Shown here: one piece after another, positions 1 through 10,451 of the stretch | Layout: every line of letters begins with the position of its first letter | Position numbering within the stretch: position 1 is the stretch's first letter | Source of the DNA: Methanomassiliicoccaceae archaeon | GTDB taxonomy: Archaea; Thermoplasmatota; Thermoplasmata; Methanomassiliicoccales; Methanomassiliicoccaceae | Direction: 5' to 3' | Assembly (NCBI GenBank): GCA_963728405.1 | Contig: CAVSJV010000017.1 | Coordinates: forward strand, 128,001-192,000 | DNA: 64,000 bases | The notes under the pieces: generated by a model | The model's input: the letters and a program-made list of their open reading frames with translations, nothing else | Databases searched by the model: none | What the model was told of the DNA's origin: nothing | Translations under genes and position numbers: made by a program

Positions 1-120
1 GCCAAGATCCCTTTCGCCCCTGAGGCCGCCTTCGAGATGCTCACCTGCGGCATCGGATATGGTGTCCTTGTCCCCATCTTCTACGCCCGGGAAAGGGATA
101 AAATGCTATATGCCCCGTGA
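1..120 (+). CDS. 3' end of a gene truncated by the window edge, function unknown
   Basis: Frame 1 is open from base 1 to TGA at 118-120 (AKIPFAPEAAFEMLTCGIGYGVLVPIFYARERDKMLYAP). Confidence 0.45.
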   Translation, partial: AKIPFAPEAAFEMLTCGIGYGVLVPIFYARERDKMLYAP

Positions 121-215
121 GCGTCCGATCGATGTTGGCGGCGCGGCTCGTGACTGCACCATCCTAGTACATTTTATGATCCAAGAGATAACTGGCCCAG
201 GACCTGACGCAACTT

Positions 216-247
216 AAATAGGAAAGTATGAAAATAGGAAGGTATGA
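216..247. repeat. 16-bp tandem direct repeat in the aIF-1A upstream region
   Basis: aaataggaaagtatga (216-231) followed by aaataggaaggtatga (232-247), one mismatch. Confidence 0.7.
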
Positions 248-323
248 ATAATCGAGGAGAATATGTCAGCGAAGGTCGCACCGCATAGGGCGACATTCAG
301 ATCACATTCATTGGAGGCATTAT

Positions 324-651
324 TTGACTCAATTTGATTCGGAAGCGATGAACGAGGAGATAACACGATGCCCGTTCCCCAAGCACAAGGAGGGGGAGAT
401 GTTCGGAGTGGCCGACCAGCTCCTTGGAGCGTCGCGCATCAAGGTCATGTGCGAGGACGGCACCTCGCGCATGGGTCGCATTCCCGGGAAGATCCGCAAG
501 CGCATGTGGATCAGGGAAGGCGATCTCCTCATCGTAAAGCCCTGGGAGTTCCAGACCGATAAGGCGGACATCATGTACCGCTATACCAAGACGCAGGCCA
601 GCTACCTGCACCGCCGTAAGGCCATACCTAAGAACCTGGACGTGTGTCTAA
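324..651 (+). CDS. eif1a: Translation initiation factor aIF-1A (3' end affected by a probable 1-nt insertion)
   Basis: LLGASRIKVMCEDG..R.GRIPGKIRKRMWIREGDLLIVKPWEFQ.DKADIMYRY; likely native end GAC GTG TTC TAA reads gacgtgtgtctaa here. Confidence 0.93.
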
Positions 652-666
652 GAGGAGGTTCTGGCC

Positions 667-1444
667 ATGGTCCAGAAGGATGCCTACGAGGCGCTCGAGC
701 ATAAGATCATGGCCCTGCGGGAGAACAGCCGCACCGGGGATGAGCGCAAGACCCTGGACGAGGTCTTCGACTCCCAAACCATCCTGGGAATCTATAAGCT
801 CATGACCGAGGGGGTCATCGATACCATCCAGTATCCGATCTCCACCGGCAAGGAGGGCAACGTGTTCGCGGCCGAGGATGCCGACGGAAAGCTCGTGGCC
901 TTGAAGATCTATCGGACCTCCAACGCTTCGTTCAACCGCATCGCTCGCTACATCGAAGGCGACAAGCGGTTCACGGGCCTCACCGGCAACCGCCGGAAAA
1001 TGATCTTCGCCTGGGCCCTCAAGGAGTTCCGCAATCTGCAGCGCCTTAAGGATGCAGGCGTCCGCGTTCCAGAACCGATCCGGTTCCACCGTAACATGCT
1101 GGTCATGCAGTACATCGGTACCCGGCGAGGGCCGGCGCCACTGCTTCGGAAACGTCGTGCTGGACGATCCCGAGGCGGTGTACAAGACCATCGTGGAGTA
1201 CATGAGGCTCGCCTATCAGGATGCGGGGCTGGTGCACGCCGATCTCAGCGAGTACAACATCCTCTACTACCGGAAGAAGCCAGTTATCATCGACGTCGGC
1301 CAGGCCGTGCTGACGGAACACATCAACGCTAAGGATTTCCTAAGGAGGGACATCGATAACGTGAACCGATACTTTAGGAACCTTGGGGTCGATATTATGG
1401 ACAAGGAAGAGGTCTTCCTTGTCGTGACGGGGGCACCGAAATGA
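667..1444 (+). CDS. rio1: RIO1 family Ser/Thr kinase (frameshift near 1145)
   Basis: ISTGKEGNVF, ALKIY and WA.KEF.NL in ORF 667; LVHADLSEYNIL and IIDVGQAV in ORF 1052..1444; conserved aIF1A-RIO1-KH order. Confidence 0.92.
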
Positions 1445-1978
1445 GACTCGTAACGTATACCGAAGGAGCGTGTTGGCGCTCTTATTGGCACTGACGGAGA
1501 AACGAAGGAGCTCATCGAGAAGCGTGCTGGCCTCTGGATGCGAATAGATACCGAGGGCGAGGTCGATATCGGGGACAACCCGGATGACCCCCTGGCCTCA
1601 CTAAAGGTCATGGACCTGGTCAAGGCCATTGGAAGGGGATTTTCGCCGCATCGGGCCATGCGCCTGCTGGACGAGGATGAATATCTAGAGGTGATCGATC
1701 TGGGCGACTATATCAGCAAAAAGCCCAACCAGCTGTCCAGGATGCGCGCGCGCATCATCGGCACCAACGGCAAGACCCGCCGGATCATCGAGGACCTTAC
1801 CGGGGCGAACATGTCGGTGTATGGCAGCACCGTCTCCCTCATCGGGAATTCCGTTCAGATGCCGATCGCCAAGACCGCGGTGGGAATGATCCTGAGAGGA
1901 AGCGAGCACGCCACGGTGTACCGCTACCTGGAGAGATCAAGGGCCACGCTGCGCATCTCCGAGATGGGGTTCTCCTGA
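1441..1978 (+). CDS. KH-domain rRNA-processing protein (Dim2/Pno1/Krr1 family), indel near 1452
   Basis: RIPKERVGALIGTDGETK upstream of ORF 1538; VKAIGRGFSP, RIIGTNGKTRRIIE, GSEHATVYRYLE. Confidence 0.9.
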
Positions 1979-2063
1979 GACGGTAAGGACCATATACCAC
2001 TGGCCCATAGGGCGGGCGGGGCGAGGACGCGTTCAGTAACTCCCTCGCCAACATGGTGTTACA

Positions 2064-3305
2064 ATGAACGATATCATAGCCCGCGCCGACCTAGCCCTCA
2101 GGACCCACGACCTTTGCAACCACTGCCTCGGACGGCTCTTTGCCCATGTAGAGTCGGGGACCACCAACGTCGAACGGGGCCGCAACATGAGAGTATCGGT
2201 CTCCTTGGAACGCTCCGCCCGAAGCGAGGAAACTCCGGCCCATGAAATTTGCTGGCTGTGCGAAGATGTCTTCGACAGCTTGAACCGCTTTGCCGAGGTG
2301 GCCTTAGAGAAGTTGAGCACCATTGAGTTCGACTCTTTCCTGATCGGCACCAGGGTGGACCCCACCGTTCAGGATCGCGAGGAGCGGCTGTGGGCCGAGG
2401 TCGGAGGAGATACGGCCGAGCCCATCAAGGCCGAGCTGAACCGCGAGATCGGCAAGATCGTGGAGGCTCGAAGTGGTAAGAAGGCGGAGTTCAAGAGCCC
2501 CGACGTGGTGGCACTGGTCGACACCCGGTTCGGGCACGTGGACCTGGACATCGCTCCCATCTTCATCTATGGCCGCTACTGCAAGTTCTCGAGAGAGATA
2601 CCGCAGACCAGGTGGCCATGCCGCATGTGCCAGGGTAAGGGCTGCCCGCGTTGCGGCAACACTGGCAAAATGTACCAGATCAGTGTGCAGGAGGTCATCG
2701 GGGACGTCCTGCGGGCGGAGGCGGGGGGCGAAGACCATTTCTTCCATGGCATGGGTCGGGAGGACATCGACGCCCGCATGCTTGGCACTGGCCGGCCGTT
2801 CATCATCGAGATTTCTAAACCGAACAAGCGCCATTTGGACCTGGAGCGATTGATGCCCATCATCAACGCAAAGGGGGAAGGGTTAGCCGGCTTCTCGGGG
2901 CTCCGATATTCGAACCGAGAAGAGGTGCGCCAGATCAAGGCAGCGACCCCTGATAAGGTGTACTTGGCCGAGGTCCAGGTGCATGGCAAAGTTAATAAGG
3001 AAAAAGTTGATGAGGTAGTCCAATCGTTAAGTCATGCACGTATCACTCAGCAGACGCCAACGAGGGTCGCCCATCGTCGGGCTAACCTCGCCAGGGACCG
3101 CGGCATCAACGAGCTTCAACTGATGGAGTTCAGCGAGGAACGCCTGGTCCTTAAGCTGAGGACGGAATCCGGGACATATGTCAAGGAGTTCGTCAGCGGG
3201 GATAACGGTCGTACCGTGCCCAGCTTCTCGGCGGCACTCGGCGTGCCGTGCGAGGTGACCGCGCTTGACGTCTTACAAGTGATCGATAACACTAACGAGG
3301 GATAA
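2064..3305 (+). CDS. pus10: tRNA pseudouridine(54/55) synthase Pus10
   Basis: LC..CLGR, IYGRYCK.SREIPQTRW, FHGMGREDIDARMLGTGRPF, QQTPTRV.HRR, GTYVKEFVSGD.GRT.PS. Confidence 0.95.
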   Translation: MNDIIARADLALRTHDLCNHCLGRLFAHVESGTTNVERGRNMRVSVSLERSARSEETPAHEICWLCEDVFDSLNRFAEVALEKLSTIEFDSFLIGTRVDPTVQDREERLWAEVGGDTAEPIKAELNREIGKIVEARSGKKAEFKSPDVVALVDTRFGHVDLDIAPIFIYGRYCKFSREIPQTRWPCRMCQGKGCPRCGNTGKMYQISVQEVIGDVLRAEAGGEDHFFHGMGREDIDARMLGTGRPFIIEISKPNKRHLDLERLMPIINAKGEGLAGFSGLRYSNREEVRQIKAATPDKVYLAEVQVHGKVNKEKVDEVVQSLSHARITQQTPTRVAHRRANLARDRGINELQLMEFSEERLVLKLRTESGTYVKEFVSGDNGRTVPSFSAALGVPCEVTALDVLQVIDNTNEG

Positions 3306-3307
3306 AA

Positions 3308-3601
3308 ATGGTAAAAGCTTCCAGAGGCCTTAGGCGCAAGACGCGTAACATCCTTAGCAAGAGCTGCCGCAACAAGGGCATGACCCCCATCACTCACGAG
3401 TTCCGAGAGTTCGAGATAGGGGAGAAGGTCAGCGTGGTCATCGATCCCGGTGTCCACGCCGGCATGCCATATATGCGGTTCCAGGGTAAGACCGGCGTCG
3501 TCAGCGGTAAGCAGGGACGTGCGTTCGTGGTCCAACTGAAGGATGGCAACAAGCCTAAGACCGTGATCACCCGGCCTGAGCACCTCATCAAGAGCCTGTG
3601 A
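3308..3601 (+). CDS. rpl21e: 50S ribosomal protein eL21
   Basis: S.G.RRKTR, GMPY.RFQGKTG.V, DGNKPK..ITRPEHL. Confidence 0.96.
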   Translation: MVKASRGLRRKTRNILSKSCRNKGMTPITHEFREFEIGEKVSVVIDPGVHAGMPYMRFQGKTGVVSGKQGRAFVVQLKDGNKPKTVITRPEHLIKSL

Positions 3602-3611
3602 GGCCATTAAC

Positions 3612-3932
3612 ATGTCCGAGGAGCGCTACGTGACCTTAGCTGAGGTCAAGCAGCTTCTGGAGGAAGCCAGTGCGATCAGGGAGCTTACTGCCGATCAGAA
3701 GCTTTCCTTCGATCACGCCCAGAAGGTCGCCCAGCTCACCCCTGAGAAGGCCAGGGAGCTGCAGGCCGAACTTAGCAAATTGGAGTTCGTCTCCGACGCA
3801 TTGTGTGCGAAGATAGCAGACCTCCTACCCGCTCACAACGACGATGTGCGCGTGCTCTTCTCCAAGGAGAGGATGGTATTGGAGAAGAAGAATATAGAAC
3901 AGATACTATCTGTAGTACAGAAGTATCGCTAG
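3612..3932 (+). CDS. rpoF: RNA polymerase subunit F (Rpo4)
   Basis: YVTLAEVK.LL, KIADLLP...DDVR; conserved position between rpl21e and DUF655. Confidence 0.92.
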   Translation: MSEERYVTLAEVKQLLEEASAIRELTADQKLSFDHAQKVAQLTPEKARELQAELSKLEFVSDALCAKIADLLPAHNDDVRVLFSKERMVLEKKNIEQILSVVQKYR

Positions 3933-3953
3933 GCAACAAGGCGGGCGGAACAA

Positions 3954-4502
3954 ATGGAGGACTACGCGCTGATATTAGATTATCTACCCCAGGGCATCCC
4001 TACTGACAAGAGCTTCAGGAGAGAGGCCACGACCTTTGCCATAGGAGAGAGCGAGTTCAAGCTTTTCGAGCTCGTGCCTAAGGCGGAGGCGGTCATCGTC
4101 ATCGGTGACCGGGTGTATATCGGCAAGGAACCCTCCCTCCGAGAGAAGATCATACATGTGAAGCGCCGGGTCGGGTACGAGGAGTTGACCGCGGCTGCCC
4201 AAGCCGAGCTGCCGTTCATTCTGGCCGATATCGCCAAGGCCCAGATGCCCCGCTTCATAAAGTTCTTCAACGACGCCCAGGCCATCACCACCAGGTTCCA
4301 TATGCTCGAGCTCATACCGGGCCTGGGGAAAAAGACCATGTGGGCCATCCTGGAAGAGCGGAAGAAAGGGCCGTTCCTCAGCTACGAGGACCTCAGCAAA
4401 AGGGTCCCGGCGATCAAGCATCCTGAGAAGCTCATCGCCAAGCGGATCGAGGACGAGCTAGCCGACCCCACCCAGAAGTACCACATCTTCGTATCCCGGT
4501 GA
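3954..4502 (+). CDS. DUF655 family putative nucleic-acid-binding protein
   Basis: EDYALILDYLP.G, F.L.EL, RFH.LEL.PGLGKK (helix-hairpin-helix); conserved operon position. Confidence 0.9.
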   Translation: MEDYALILDYLPQGIPTDKSFRREATTFAIGESEFKLFELVPKAEAVIVIGDRVYIGKEPSLREKIIHVKRRVGYEELTAAAQAELPFILADIAKAQMPRFIKFFNDAQAITTRFHMLELIPGLGKKTMWAILEERKKGPFLSYEDLSKRVPAIKHPEKLIAKRIEDELADPTQKYHIFVSR

Positions 4503-4567
4503 GGTCCACTGGGGGCCGCCGATAACCTTTTCCAATCTCCTAATTTTCATAACGCTCTGAGGTGCCA

Positions 4568-5368
4568 ATGAAACCTTCCGAGATCACAGAGACCATCACC
4601 CGCCTGGGTGTCTCACCGTCCAAAGGCATGGGGCAGAACTTCCTCATCGATGAACGGGTGGCCGAGCGGCAAGTGGAGTTCGGCCAGATCTCCAAGGGCG
4701 ATATCGTGCTGGAGGTCGGTCCCGGCCTGGGGGTCCTCACCCATCGCCTGGCCGAGAGAGCCGGGAAGGTGGTAGCCATCGAGATGGACAAGCGTCTGGC
4801 CGGCTACCTCCGCACCACCTTGCCGGAGAACGTGGAACTGATCGAAGGGGACGCTCTGGAGGTCGACTTCCCCCCGTTCACCAAGTTCGTTTCCAACCTG
4901 CCCTATTCCATCTCCTCACCGATCATCTTCAAGCTACTTGACCACACTTTCGAAAGGGGCGTGGTCATGCTGCAGAAGGAATTCGCTGACCGCATGGTGG
5001 CCGCTCCTGACAGTGATGATTATTCCCGCCTCACCGTCAGCGTCTACTATCGGGCCGAGTGCCGATTACTGGAGAAGGTCCCCCGGTCCCGGTTTTGGCC
5101 CGCGCCCAAGGTCGACTCCGCGGTGGTGGAACTAGTACCCCGATCTCCCCCCTTCAAGGTCGAGGACGAGAAGCTGTTCTTCCGGCTGGTCGACATCCTC
5201 TTTCAAAGCAGAAGAAAGAAGATCGGCACGATCCTGCGCATGAAGGGCTACATGAGCGCTGAGGAACGCAGCGAGGTACCGTTCGTCGACCTTAGGGTGG
5301 AGGCGCTCTCTCCCGAGGAGATAGGTGAGCTAGCCAACGCCGTTCACCAGCTACGAGCGCGGCACTGA
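4568..5368 (+). CDS. rsmA: 16S rRNA m6,2A dimethyltransferase RsmA/KsgA
   Basis: GQNFLID, VLEVGPGLG, SNLPYSISSP, FWPAPKVDSAVV. Confidence 0.96.
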   Translation: MKPSEITETITRLGVSPSKGMGQNFLIDERVAERQVEFGQISKGDIVLEVGPGLGVLTHRLAERAGKVVAIEMDKRLAGYLRTTLPENVELIEGDALEVDFPPFTKFVSNLPYSISSPIIFKLLDHTFERGVVMLQKEFADRMVAAPDSDDYSRLTVSVYYRAECRLLEKVPRSRFWPAPKVDSAVVELVPRSPPFKVEDEKLFFRLVDILFQSRRKKIGTILRMKGYMSAEERSEVPFVDLRVEALSPEEIGELANAVHQLRARH

Positions 5369-5597
5369 ACTCCGATTTAGACCGCACCAGACATCCCGGT
5401 TAACATCACAGTGCTCTGGTCATCGTGACCGATTATCTCACCTATTTTCCACAGCTGGTAAAATATCTTCGATGTTCACTGAGGTCGATATATCAAGGTT
5501 ATAAAAATGGGGGGTCGCTGATAGGACGCCTGTTCCGGTCGGACTGAGGGAAGGTGTTGTTAGGTCGGAGATCGAATAGCTAGCACGAGATGACAAG

Positions 5598-6383
5598 ATG
5601 GATGCGCGAACGATTGGTAGGAAGCTCACAGAAGGGGCGAGGCTGCCCGGCCGGGCGGTGTGCGTGTATGGAAGTGATGAGATACCAGAGGGCTCGGTCC
5701 AGCTAAGCAATGTGGACCGCTGCGTGGCCCGAGCCATCTTCAAGCTCTCAATGAGCCCGGAGACCCCGGCGATACATTATGGGGCCACGGCCAGGGAAGG
5801 TATCTGCGGCGGGGGCCAGAGTTGGTGCGGTCTCACTGTCACCCCGACCAAGCTGAAGTACTTCGTTTCGACCGGAACGCCTGACTTCATGCAAGGTGCC
5901 GCCGAGCACCTTAAACCGTCCCCCGAGTCGGCTGAGCGGTTCTTCGCCGCTCCCGGAAAAATAACCCCGCCGGCCAAGTACATCAACCTGGCCGGGTGGG
6001 ACCAGATCGGGGAGGGCCAGAAGGTCCTGTCCTACATCCTCATCGGAAGTGCGGAGTCCATACGCAACGTGGGAGGCCTGGTCATCTTTGTCTCCGATGA
6101 CATCTTCACCTCCATCTTGATGCCGGGAGGCCCGACCTGTGCCTCGATGGTGACCTATGCAGCGGGCATGGCCGAGAAAGCACCAAAGAACGCGGCCTTC
6201 GTCGGGTCGGTAGATCCTACCGGCAATGACTGGTTCCCACCGGCCATGATGTCCATGGCCGTCCCCTTTGCGATGGCCCGGACCATGATGCAGAACCTCG
6301 ACGTATCCTTCCTGACCAAGCGCCCCCAGGTAGCCTTCCCGAGCAGGAGGCTGGACGTGGAGGAGAAGGGCGAACACTTCTAG
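5598..6383 (+). CDS. DUF169-like protein
   Basis: Spaced Cys pattern RCVA..., CGGG..W.G, PTCA, plus G..DP.G; clean ORF. Confidence 0.6.
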   Translation: MDARTIGRKLTEGARLPGRAVCVYGSDEIPEGSVQLSNVDRCVARAIFKLSMSPETPAIHYGATAREGICGGGQSWCGLTVTPTKLKYFVSTGTPDFMQGAAEHLKPSPESAERFFAAPGKITPPAKYINLAGWDQIGEGQKVLSYILIGSAESIRNVGGLVIFVSDDIFTSILMPGGPTCASMVTYAAGMAEKAPKNAAFVGSVDPTGNDWFPPAMMSMAVPFAMARTMMQNLDVSFLTKRPQVAFPSRRLDVEEKGEHF

Positions 6384-6509
6384 ACCTCCCGATTTTACCT
6401 TTTTTCTTTTATAAATTTCTCCTCCCTTCCAGCATCCATTGTCCTTTGCTCATCCCCTATATCCGGCCCGGAGAATCATTCTCAGGGGTGGGACCCATGG
6501 TGAGTTTAC

Positions 6510-6755
6510 ATGATCAAAGTGGAGCTCACGACCGGATGGATGAAGAGAACGGAGCTCAGGGCCAGGAAGGACGACCACGCCCATTACCGGACCATTTGCT
6601 GTCCGGGATCGTTCGAGGAACGGTTCTTCGACCCGGACCATCCTAAAGACAGCGACTGGGTCTCGGACATCGATTATGGCCGCCTGTTTGGCCAGGAGAG
6701 ATGGCCCCAGAACGGTCCCGATCGCTTCGAACAACAGGCGGCCATTTCACGCTGA
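6510..6755 (+). CDS. Small hypothetical protein
   Basis: 81-aa ATG ORF with ggtga RBS-like element upstream, filling an intergenic gap. Confidence 0.45.
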   Translation: MIKVELTTGWMKRTELRARKDDHAHYRTICCPGSFEERFFDPDHPKDSDWVSDIDYGRLFGQERWPQNGPDRFEQQAAISR

Positions 6756-6784
6756 TGAGAAAGGGAATGAGAGGCCTTCCATCC

Positions 6785-8338
6785 TCATCTCCCTTTCATG
6801 ATCTTTCTCATTCTGCTCATGGCCGACAGCTTTCGGATCAGTCCGCGACCATAGAGCATGTCGATCATGTCCAGTCCGGCCCTGAGCTTCTCCTTCCCAT
6901 ACGGATGCCACCAGATCTCCGTGCCGAATTTGGCCTGGTCGACATGGACGTGATGCGGTTCCATCAGCTCAGAGAATCCTATCTCCCCATGGGTCCGGCC
7001 AAAGCCGCTCATTCCCTTTCCGCCCCAGGGAGTCATCGCCAGGCCATAGGTGTAGGCGACATTGTTGACCAGTATGGTGCCGCCGCTGAGCTGTTCGGCC
7101 ACCCTCTGGCCTTTGACCAGATCTCTGGTCCACACCGAGCCGGAAAGAGCGTAGGGGCTATCGTTGGCCAGCCGCACGGCCTCCTCCTCGGTGCGGAACC
7201 GGTTCACCGTTATGAGGGGGCCGAAGACCTCCTCCTGGACCACCTTACTGGCTTGGGGGGCGTCCATGATCACCGTGGGCTCGAAGAAGTAACCTTTCAG
7301 ACCGGTAGCGCGCTTTCCCCCGACCAGCACCTTGCCCCCTTCGGAGATCGCGCCCTCCACCACCCGCTGCATATCGGCCAGAGCCTTCTCGTTGATCATC
7401 GGCCCCAGGTCGACGTCCGGATCGTCCCATCCGTTGCCCAATCTGAGCTTGCCGACACTTTCCTTCAACCGCTGGACGAACGATTCGTACGCTCCTTCCT
7501 GGACATAGATGCGTTTGACGCACACGCAGGTCTGCCCCGAGTTGACGAACGCACCCCATACCGCCCCCTTGACCCCTCTCTCCAGGTCAGCATCGTCGAA
7601 CACTATGAAGGGATCCTTGCCCCCAAGCTCAAGGGTCACCGGGGTGAGCGTTTGGGAGGCTAGGGACATTACCTCCATGCCAGCTTTAGTACTTCCAGTG
7701 AAGACGATCCTGTCGACCGCCGAACCGATGATAGCCCTCCCGGCCACTCCGCCCGGACCGATGACCGCCTGGACCAGGCCGGGCGGGAAGTCCGCTGTCG
7801 CGAACAGTCTGATGATCTCCAAGCCAGTTAAGGGAGTTTCGGAAGATGGTTTCAATACCACAGCATTCCCAGCGGCCACTGCCATGATGGTCTGCGAAAA
7901 TGGAATGCCGAACGGATAGTTCCAGGGAGCGATCACCGCGATCACTCCGAGGGGGCGGTTCTGAATGTATGAGCGACGGCCCATGTATCGCATCATGGTG
8001 CTCATTTTGCCGAATGGGACCGGTCTCGGGGCGAACAGCTTTGGCAGCGAGCGGGCCGCGAAATCCGCAGCGGTCAAGGAAGTGAGCAGGTCCACGTTGA
8101 TCGCCTCGGTCCGAGGCTTTCCGGTCTCCTGGGAGATGACACGGCCTAGCTCTTCGAGACGGGAGATGATACTTTTCTGCACCGACACGATGGCCCGGAC
8201 CCTGCGCTCCAGTGGCCAGGTCGCCCACTCCGCCTGAGCTTTCCTGGCGTTCTCGATCATTCCAGGCAAGATCTCCAGGTCGGTCTCCATAATATTTCCG
8301 ACCGACTCCAGCGTGGCCGGGTTGATCTTCATTAACAT
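6785..8338 (-). CDS. NAD(P)-dependent aldehyde dehydrogenase
   Basis: IAPWNYP, LKPSSETP, FTGST, LELGGKD (catalytic Glu), GQTCVC (catalytic Cys), EEVFGP. Confidence 0.95.
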   Translation of the reverse strand: MLMKINPATLESVGNIMETDLEILPGMIENARKAQAEWATWPLERRVRAIVSVQKSIISRLEELGRVISQETGKPRTEAINVDLLTSLTAADFAARSLPKLFAPRPVPFGKMSTMMRYMGRRSYIQNRPLGVIAVIAPWNYPFGIPFSQTIMAVAAGNAVVLKPSSETPLTGLEIIRLFATADFPPGLVQAVIGPGGVAGRAIIGSAVDRIVFTGSTKAGMEVMSLASQTLTPVTLELGGKDPFIVFDDADLERGVKGAVWGAFVNSGQTCVCVKRIYVQEGAYESFVQRLKESVGKLRLGNGWDDPDVDLGPMINEKALADMQRVVEGAISEGGKVLVGGKRATGLKGYFFEPTVIMDAPQASKVVQEEVFGPLITVNRFRTEEEAVRLANDSPYALSGSVWTRDLVKGQRVAEQLSGGTILVNNVAYTYGLAMTPWGGKGMSGFGRTHGEIGFSELMEPHHVHVDQAKFGTEIWWHPYGKEKLRAGLDMIDMLYGRGLIRKLSAMSRMRKIMKGR

Positions 8339-8547
8339 TCGTTAGTGCTCCTCGGGCAGGAACCATCGCCTCGGATCGGGCCCCTTGACCCAGTCACCGG
8401 AAGGCTGTTCCGGTTCAAAATAGCTTCACGTCGGACTTGGCGACGATCGATAAGAATATTCTGTCCTTTTCGCAAATACGATACAGTGACCATGAACGGG
8501 AAATTCACCCATGTTCTCTATTTAGGCAAGGTTGAAGCCAGCTATCG

Positions 8548-8892
8548 ATGAATGACCATCTTGGAAGTATCCGAGGCTCTTGCATGGCGATCAGTGTCAG
8601 AGATGGGACCAATGGTGTGGCAGATCTTTCCGAACGAGAGCGTCCAAGGGGCGCAGGAATGAGCTGGGACGGTCGGTGCCACGACCCCGGACTTGAGATG
8701 TTCAAGGCCGCCTACCAACTGGCGGTCCAGATGGGTCTGGGAGCAGACGACATTCCTGAACTTAGGACCGAGAACGGGGTCCTCCATGTGTTCATACCCA
8801 ACGGAGGAAAGATCAGACTGGAACCATACCCGGGATGGGAGGAAGAGAGCGGTTACGCCGATCTCCTCCGATCCCTTCGACCGAGATCCTAA
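8548..8892 (+). CDS. Hypothetical protein
   Basis: 114-aa ORF; start uncertain; no recognised motif. Confidence 0.45.
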   Translation: MNDHLGSIRGSCMAISVRDGTNGVADLSERERPRGAGMSWDGRCHDPGLEMFKAAYQLAVQMGLGADDIPELRTENGVLHVFIPNGGKIRLEPYPGWEEESGYADLLRSLRPRS

Positions 8893-8901
8893 GCTGTTCC
8901 A

Positions 8902-9126
8902 TCACTCGATGAGGGAGCTGGCATTCGAAGATTCCCTCGTCGACTCAGCATTCTTGACGAAGAAATAAGCGGCGGCGATGCCGACCATTACCGCAGCGAT
9001 ACCGGCCAGGGTCTCACCCTGGGCATGCGCATAATCGTACACGATCAACTCCCTGGCCACGGCGGTCACGGCCACCACGATCAGGATCATGACGACTACG
9101 GCCATCACCAGGACCTTTTTGACCAA
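8902..9126 (-). CDS. Small membrane protein with 2 predicted TM helices
   Basis: Hydrophobic stretches VLVMAVVVMILIVVAVTAV and LAGIAAVMVGIAAAYFFV. Confidence 0.55.
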   Translation of the reverse strand: MVKKVLVMAVVVMILIVVAVTAVARELIVYDYAHAQGETLAGIAAVMVGIAAAYFFVKNAESTRESSNASSLIE

Positions 9127-9260
9127 CTATGGGGCAGTCGAACATCATCGGGAGGAGAGTGGAAAGAGTCTTAATAATCCAACCGTTGTGATTTTTTCCC
9201 TGACATCTAGCGATGCAATCATATTTTAGGGTCCAGGCCATATCTTCGGACGGGAGAGAA

Positions 9261-10451
9261 ATGCAGATCGGTATAGTCGGAAAGCCCAATGTAGGCAAGT
9301 CGACCTTCTTCTGCGCGGCGACCCTGGCCACCGCGGAGATCGCCAATTACCCGTTCACGACCATTAAGGCCAACAAGGGTGTGGCCTTCGTCCGGGGGCG
9401 CTGCCCGCACCTGGACTTCAATACCCAATGCGTGCCTCGTAACGCGGCCTGTGAGGGCGGGACCCGGCTTATCCCGGTGGAGATGCTGGATGTGGCCGGG
9501 CTGGTGCCCGATGCCTGGCAAGGGCGGGGGCTGGGGAATCAATTCCTGGACGACCTCAGGCAAGCGAACGCCCTCATCCATGTGGTGGACGCCTCCGGCT
9601 CGACCGATATCGAAGGAAACGCCGTCCCCCTGGGCTCTCACGACCCGGTGGAGGACATCAAGTTCCTGGAGAAGGAGATCGCCTTCTGGATCAGAGGCAT
9701 CCTCGATAAAGGCTGGGAGAAGTCGGCCCGTCAGGTGCACCTTCAGAACCAATCCATAGAACTGATCATCCACGACCGCCTCACCGGACTGGGCGTGACC
9801 GAAGCGCAGATATCGGCAGCCCTGCGCGAAGCCAAGCCACCCGAGAACCCCATGAACTGGGGTCCCGAGGACATGCTGCGGATCGCCGATGTCATTCGCA
9901 AGTATTCCAAACCCATGATCATCGCCCTTAACAAGGCCGATCTAGCCGACGACGCGACCATCAAGCGACTGACCGAGACGGCCGGGGAAATGTGCATCCC
10001 GACCATCGCGGAGGCCGAGTTGGCGCTGAAGAGGGCGGCCAAGGCCAAGCTGGTCAACTATCTTCCGGGGGAGGAGAGCTTCAGCGTGGCCGATCCTTCC
10101 AAGCTCAACGCTAACCAAAAAAAGGCCCTCGACAAGATCGATGAGGAGGTCAAGCGATATCATGGCACAGGCGTCCAGAAGTGCCTGGAGAAGGCGACCT
10201 ACGAGCTCCTGGACCTGATCATCGTCTACCCGGTGGAGGACGAGACCAGGCTCACCGACCATGACGGCCGGGTGTTGCCGGACGCCTTCCTCGTCCCCAA
10301 GGGCACCACGGCCAAAGGGCTGGCGTACAAGGTCCACACGGACTTGGGAGAAAACTTTATCCGGGCCATCAACGTCAGAACGCACCGGACGGTCGGCAAC
10401 GATTATGTTCTGCAGAACAATGACGTGATCACGATCGTCTCCCGGAAGTGA
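9261..10451 (+). CDS. ychF: YchF/Obg family translation-associated ATPase/GTPase with TGS domain
   Basis: IGIVGKPNVGKST, ANYPFTTI, DVAGLVP, GLGNQFLDDLR, LAYKVHTDLG. Confidence 0.95.
   Translation: MQIGIVGKPNVGKSTFFCAATLATAEIANYPFTTIKANKGVAFVRGRCPHLDFNTQCVPRNAACEGGTRLIPVEMLDVAGLVPDAWQGRGLGNQFLDDLRQANALIHVVDASGSTDIEGNAVPLGSHDPVEDIKFLEKEIAFWIRGILDKGWEKSARQVHLQNQSIELIIHDRLTGLGVTEAQISAALREAKPPENPMNWGPEDMLRIADVIRKYSKPMIIALNKADLADDATIKRLTETAGEMCIPTIAEAELALKRAAKAKLVNYLPGEESFSVADPSKLNANQKKALDKIDEEVKRYHGTGVQKCLEKATYELLDLIIVYPVEDETRLTDHDGRVLPDAFLVPKGTTAKGLAYKVHTDLGENFIRAINVRTHRTVGNDYVLQNNDVITIVSRK

Noticed and set aside
2019-2049. Hairpin ggcgagg/cctcgcc between the KH gene and pus10
   Set aside because: A single short stem in GC-rich DNA; not enough to call an element
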